The notes below the pieces were generated by a model that was not told where the DNA came from, did no database searches, and saw only the letters and a program-made list of their open reading frames with translations. Positions 60,630 through 64,000 of a stretch of DNA of 64,000 nucleotides are shown piece by piece. The position numbers and the translations under genes were made by a program. Position 1 is the first letter of the stretch; each line of letters begins with the position of its first letter. The DNA comes from Phyllobates terribilis (lineage: Eukaryota): NCBI RefSeq assembly GCF_046119375.1, contig NW_027362764.1, positions 394,444,001 to 394,508,000 of the forward strand, written 5' to 3'.

Positions 60630-62200
60630 TACATCCAAATAGACCCAATAAAATTGAAAATGAAAATACATCCAAATGGGGATATAGTTTCATAACTACA
60701 TTTAATAGGAGAAATAAGATGATTTGTAGCATACTCATTAAATACTGGTACCTCTTAAAAAAGGATCCAGTATTAAAAGATTTGGTTCCCCCAAGACCAA
60801 ATGTTGTATTCCATAGGGAAAAAACTTTTAAAAACTGTATAGCGCCCAGCCTATTAAAGAATAACCCCAAACTTATCCAAAATACTGAAAGTAATAATAA
60901 TGGTAAAATAGTGGGAGTCTATAAATGAGGAAGTAAACACTGCCACTGCTGTAAGATTATCAATCATGGACAAAAAACAGTAAACATAAAACATTCCGGT
61001 ACAGTATGCAATCTCACTCAAGAACTCACATGTGGCTCAGAATTTGTTGTCTATGCGGTGTCATGTGACTGTGGACTTCTTTATGTGGGACGGACCACAC
61101 AGACGTTATGTAGTCGTATGAACGGTCATAGACACAATGTGAAAATAGGGTTTTTAAAATACAGCCTGTCCACACACATCACCTTAGGTTAAAACATAAT
61201 AAAAATTTCAATTCAATAAAAGTCACTCCTTTAGAGCAAATTTCTTCTACTATTTTAAATGGAAAATCAGTCCTGAACACCAAAGAGTCCTACTAGATTT
61301 ACCAGCTGGGTAGCCTATATCCAGATGAGCTTAATGAAGTATTAGAATCCATATGAGATAAAAGATTTTTTTTTTACAAAAACACTAATACCTGATTCAC
61401 TATGATGCCTTGAGTTTCTGGCCCTTTATGTCAATGAGATATGGCTTATTCCCCCTCGGGGTGTATGTGGTTGGAGGTGGTGGTATCCATTTTGGGGACA
61501 TGAGCAGATGGGTATCGTCCACCCAGTGTAGTCTGCATTCATTTTAGGGGAGCTTGAGAGAGGGTGAGCACACTGGTCGTTGTATAGGGGGAGAGACATG
61601 TGGGACATGTTGAACCCGATGGTACACACTAGTACTAACATGTGCCAGCGCTAAGGCTAGTAGAAAAGCAAAATGTGCAGATATATTCATTATCAAAGTT
61701 TTCGAATATGACATGTGGGAGGGGGGGGGGGACATATGGAAGTAGTTGAACCCGATGCCAAGTACAACTATTTGCACACTCTGTGATTAGTAGAAAAGTG
61801 AAATGTGTTAATATGTCCATTGCTTATCTTCATTTATTATTTTTCAAGGAGATAGATAGTGATAATGAAATATTCAAAATTACCTGGTAACTTGTTTTCA
61901 GTGACATAAGTTATGAACTATTTATTATTATGTAATTAATTATTTGACTAACCAAAACAACCTAGTATAAACTTTTAGTAAGAAATCCCTTTTGTGATTG
62001 GCGTTACTATTGACAATGGTGATTGGGCCCCATGAGAGAGATAACCTCACCTATAATTAAGGAATAAGGTATAAATTCCTTTAATATGGCATTTGTTTTA
62101 TACACCTGACAAAGACTTATAAGAGTTGAAACGCGTTGTGTTATTTTCTATATGTAATTTTTAATTTCAAATGTGATTTGGCACTTTTAATTCTAATCAT
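60630..62200 (+). mobile_element. Second Penelope-like fragment (pre-endonuclease linker, GIY-YIG, 3' region)
   Basis: FITTFN..ILIKYWYLLKKDPVL..RPNVVFHR (ORF 60719-60928); LTCGSEFVVYAVSCDCGLLYVGRTTQ..RMNGH at about 61020-61140. Confidence 0.75.
62101..62141 (+). ncRNA. Degenerate minimal type-I hammerhead ribozyme motif of a PLE terminal repeat
   Basis: ACAC-CTGACAA-(A)GAC..GTT-GAAA-CGCG-TT-GTGT. The core is CUGANGA with G8 changed to A, with palindromic stem III ACGCGT and a 4-bp stem I. Confidence 0.45.
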
Positions 62201-62624
62201 AATCAATAAATTTATTACGCTTTTTATCGAACGTTATATGAGTGTCATTTTTCAAATGACTCCTGTCATTTTCCAAAAAATATTTTGGATTGAATAATTC
62301 ACATAGATATATGAATCTATTTATGACTGGAAAGACACTGTGAACCCCTTCTCTAACAGAAGCGCCATCCCAGTTTTTTGTTCTCTCTTGCATCCATGTG
62401 AAGCAGCTTTTGGGTCAGGAAAAGTAAACTACCAAGGTGATGGATGAGCAGCATGCCGCAGGAGAAATTCCAGTCCTTTTACTTCATTCTCAGTGTTGTG
62501 CCTGTATTGCGCAACCGGCTCAGGTGAGCTCATTGCTTTTACCTACTCATCATATACTATCAATTACTGCGCTTAGGTGGCGCTCTCTGTTTCTTTTCTC
62601 CCCTCTTCAATTTTTCCTGCTCAG

Positions 62625-63620
62625 GATAATAACCATACACCAACTTTGGGAACATGTAGAAGAGACCTGGGATCAAATTTCAGTCAAGACATGTTTGAAT
62701 CTGATTGAGAGCATGGCAAGAAGGATTCAGGCAGTGTTGAAAGCCAAAAGTGGATTTACAAAATACTAACAAAATAATAAAAATTTAAATTTAGATTTTT
62801 AGGAGCAAAACAGTAATAACACAGTGACATGACATGAATCTGCATACCTAATCATATGCAAAATAGTTGCAAGTCAAATATATGCATGAGATAGCCAAAG
62901 GCCAAAAGGCACTGCATATCACCCCAAAAACACCATACCAACAGTAAAGTTTTGAGATGAGAACACCATGGCGTGGGCCTGTTTTTCATGATAGGGCACT
63001 GGCAAACTTTATGCAATTGAAGGAAGAATGAATGGACAAAAGTACCAAGACATTCTTGCTGCCATTTACCAGGATTATGAAGATGAAATGAGATTGGACG
63101 TTTCAGCAAGGCAATGATCCCAAACACACAGCCAAGGAAACTCTCAATTGGTTTCAGAGAAAGAAAATAAAGCTGCAAGTATGGTTCAGCCTGACACCTG
63201 ACGAAATTCCAATAAAAAATGTATGGGAAGAACTAAAGCTCAGAGTTCATAGAATGATCTCATGGAACCTTCAGTATTTGAAGAGTGTTTGTGTGGGAGA
63301 ATGGACCAAAATCACACTTGAGCAATGCATGCAACTAGTTTCTCCATAAAAGAGGCATCTTGGAGCTGTCATCACCAACAAAGGCTTTTGTATGAAGTAT
63401 TAAATAAATTTCAGTACTTTTTTCCTGAGTCCTTTCTCATTATTATACATAAACTAATTTATGGACATCTATGGTTTGATTTACTTGCCTGTGTGGACTG
63501 GATAGGTTGTTACCGACATCTGGTAAGAATTTATAATATAGTATTTGTAATATAGCACCTTTCGAAATATACTTACTTAGAAAACTGATGATGTTTTCAA
63601 TACTTAGAGTATTTCACCTG
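62625..63620 (+). pseudogene. Tc1 (DD34E-like) transposase fragments from two decayed copies
   Basis: QLWEHVEETWDQI..MARRIQAVLKAKSGFTKY (62640-62769); [29 protein letters not shown] (62930-63200). Confidence 0.7.
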
Positions 63621-64000
63621 TTGTGTTTATACTTTTTAATTTTTTTTCTTTGCTAGGCTGGTCTTTTGAATCACTAAATTGATTACTAATTTTGTGAGCT
63701 TATTCACACAGGTAGACCCAGTTTCAGATGCACACATAGGCTGCCATTGTTCTCAACTGTATTGCCCACGTTTACACACGATTATGCACTCCTGAGAGTG
63801 ATGATTTTTTGTGAAAACCAAAAAAAATGTTTTTCTTATTCATCAGGTGACTGGCATCCTGTTCAGACTACACAATTATTGTGAAATGAGTGCTCCTAGG
63901 TACGCTCGTTCAAGATAATTGTACAGTATAAGGCCATGTGTCCATGTAGCAGATTTGATGCAGTGCGTTTTTGCCTCTCTCTGGCAGAAAAAAATGCATG

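Overview
Eukaryotic, transposon-dense genomic DNA, most likely an anuran amphibian. This is an inference from the V-SINE, TTAA/T2-type MITEs, DD35E and DD38E Tc1 elements and a Ngaro element with an SGNH ORF. No host gene can be confidently identified. Main contents: (1) an intact, young Ty3/Gypsy LTR retrotransposon at 2196-10026, with a CTGA TSD, 967-bp LTRs differing at about 6 positions, a tRNA-Ser PBS, and gag and pol joined by a T TTA AAC slippery site followed by a predicted H-type pseudoknot. (2) Three 8-11 kb hAT elements (25912-34857, 34881-43309, 43321-54113), each with its own perfect 8-bp TSD, inserted into one original 26-bp stretch. Each carries a satellite array behind its promoter end and transposase sequence antisense to that promoter end; one also carries Ngaro retroelement cargo. 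(3) Two DD38E Tc1 elements and one DD35E Tc1 element, plus Tc1 fragments. (4) Penelope-like GIY-YIG fragments, one flanked by a 142-bp direct duplication and one followed by a degenerate hammerhead motif. (5) Nested TTAA-type non-autonomous elements, MITEs, V-SINEs, an L2 fragment and a probable solo LTR. All alignments were done by eye, so boundaries of decayed elements are approximate.
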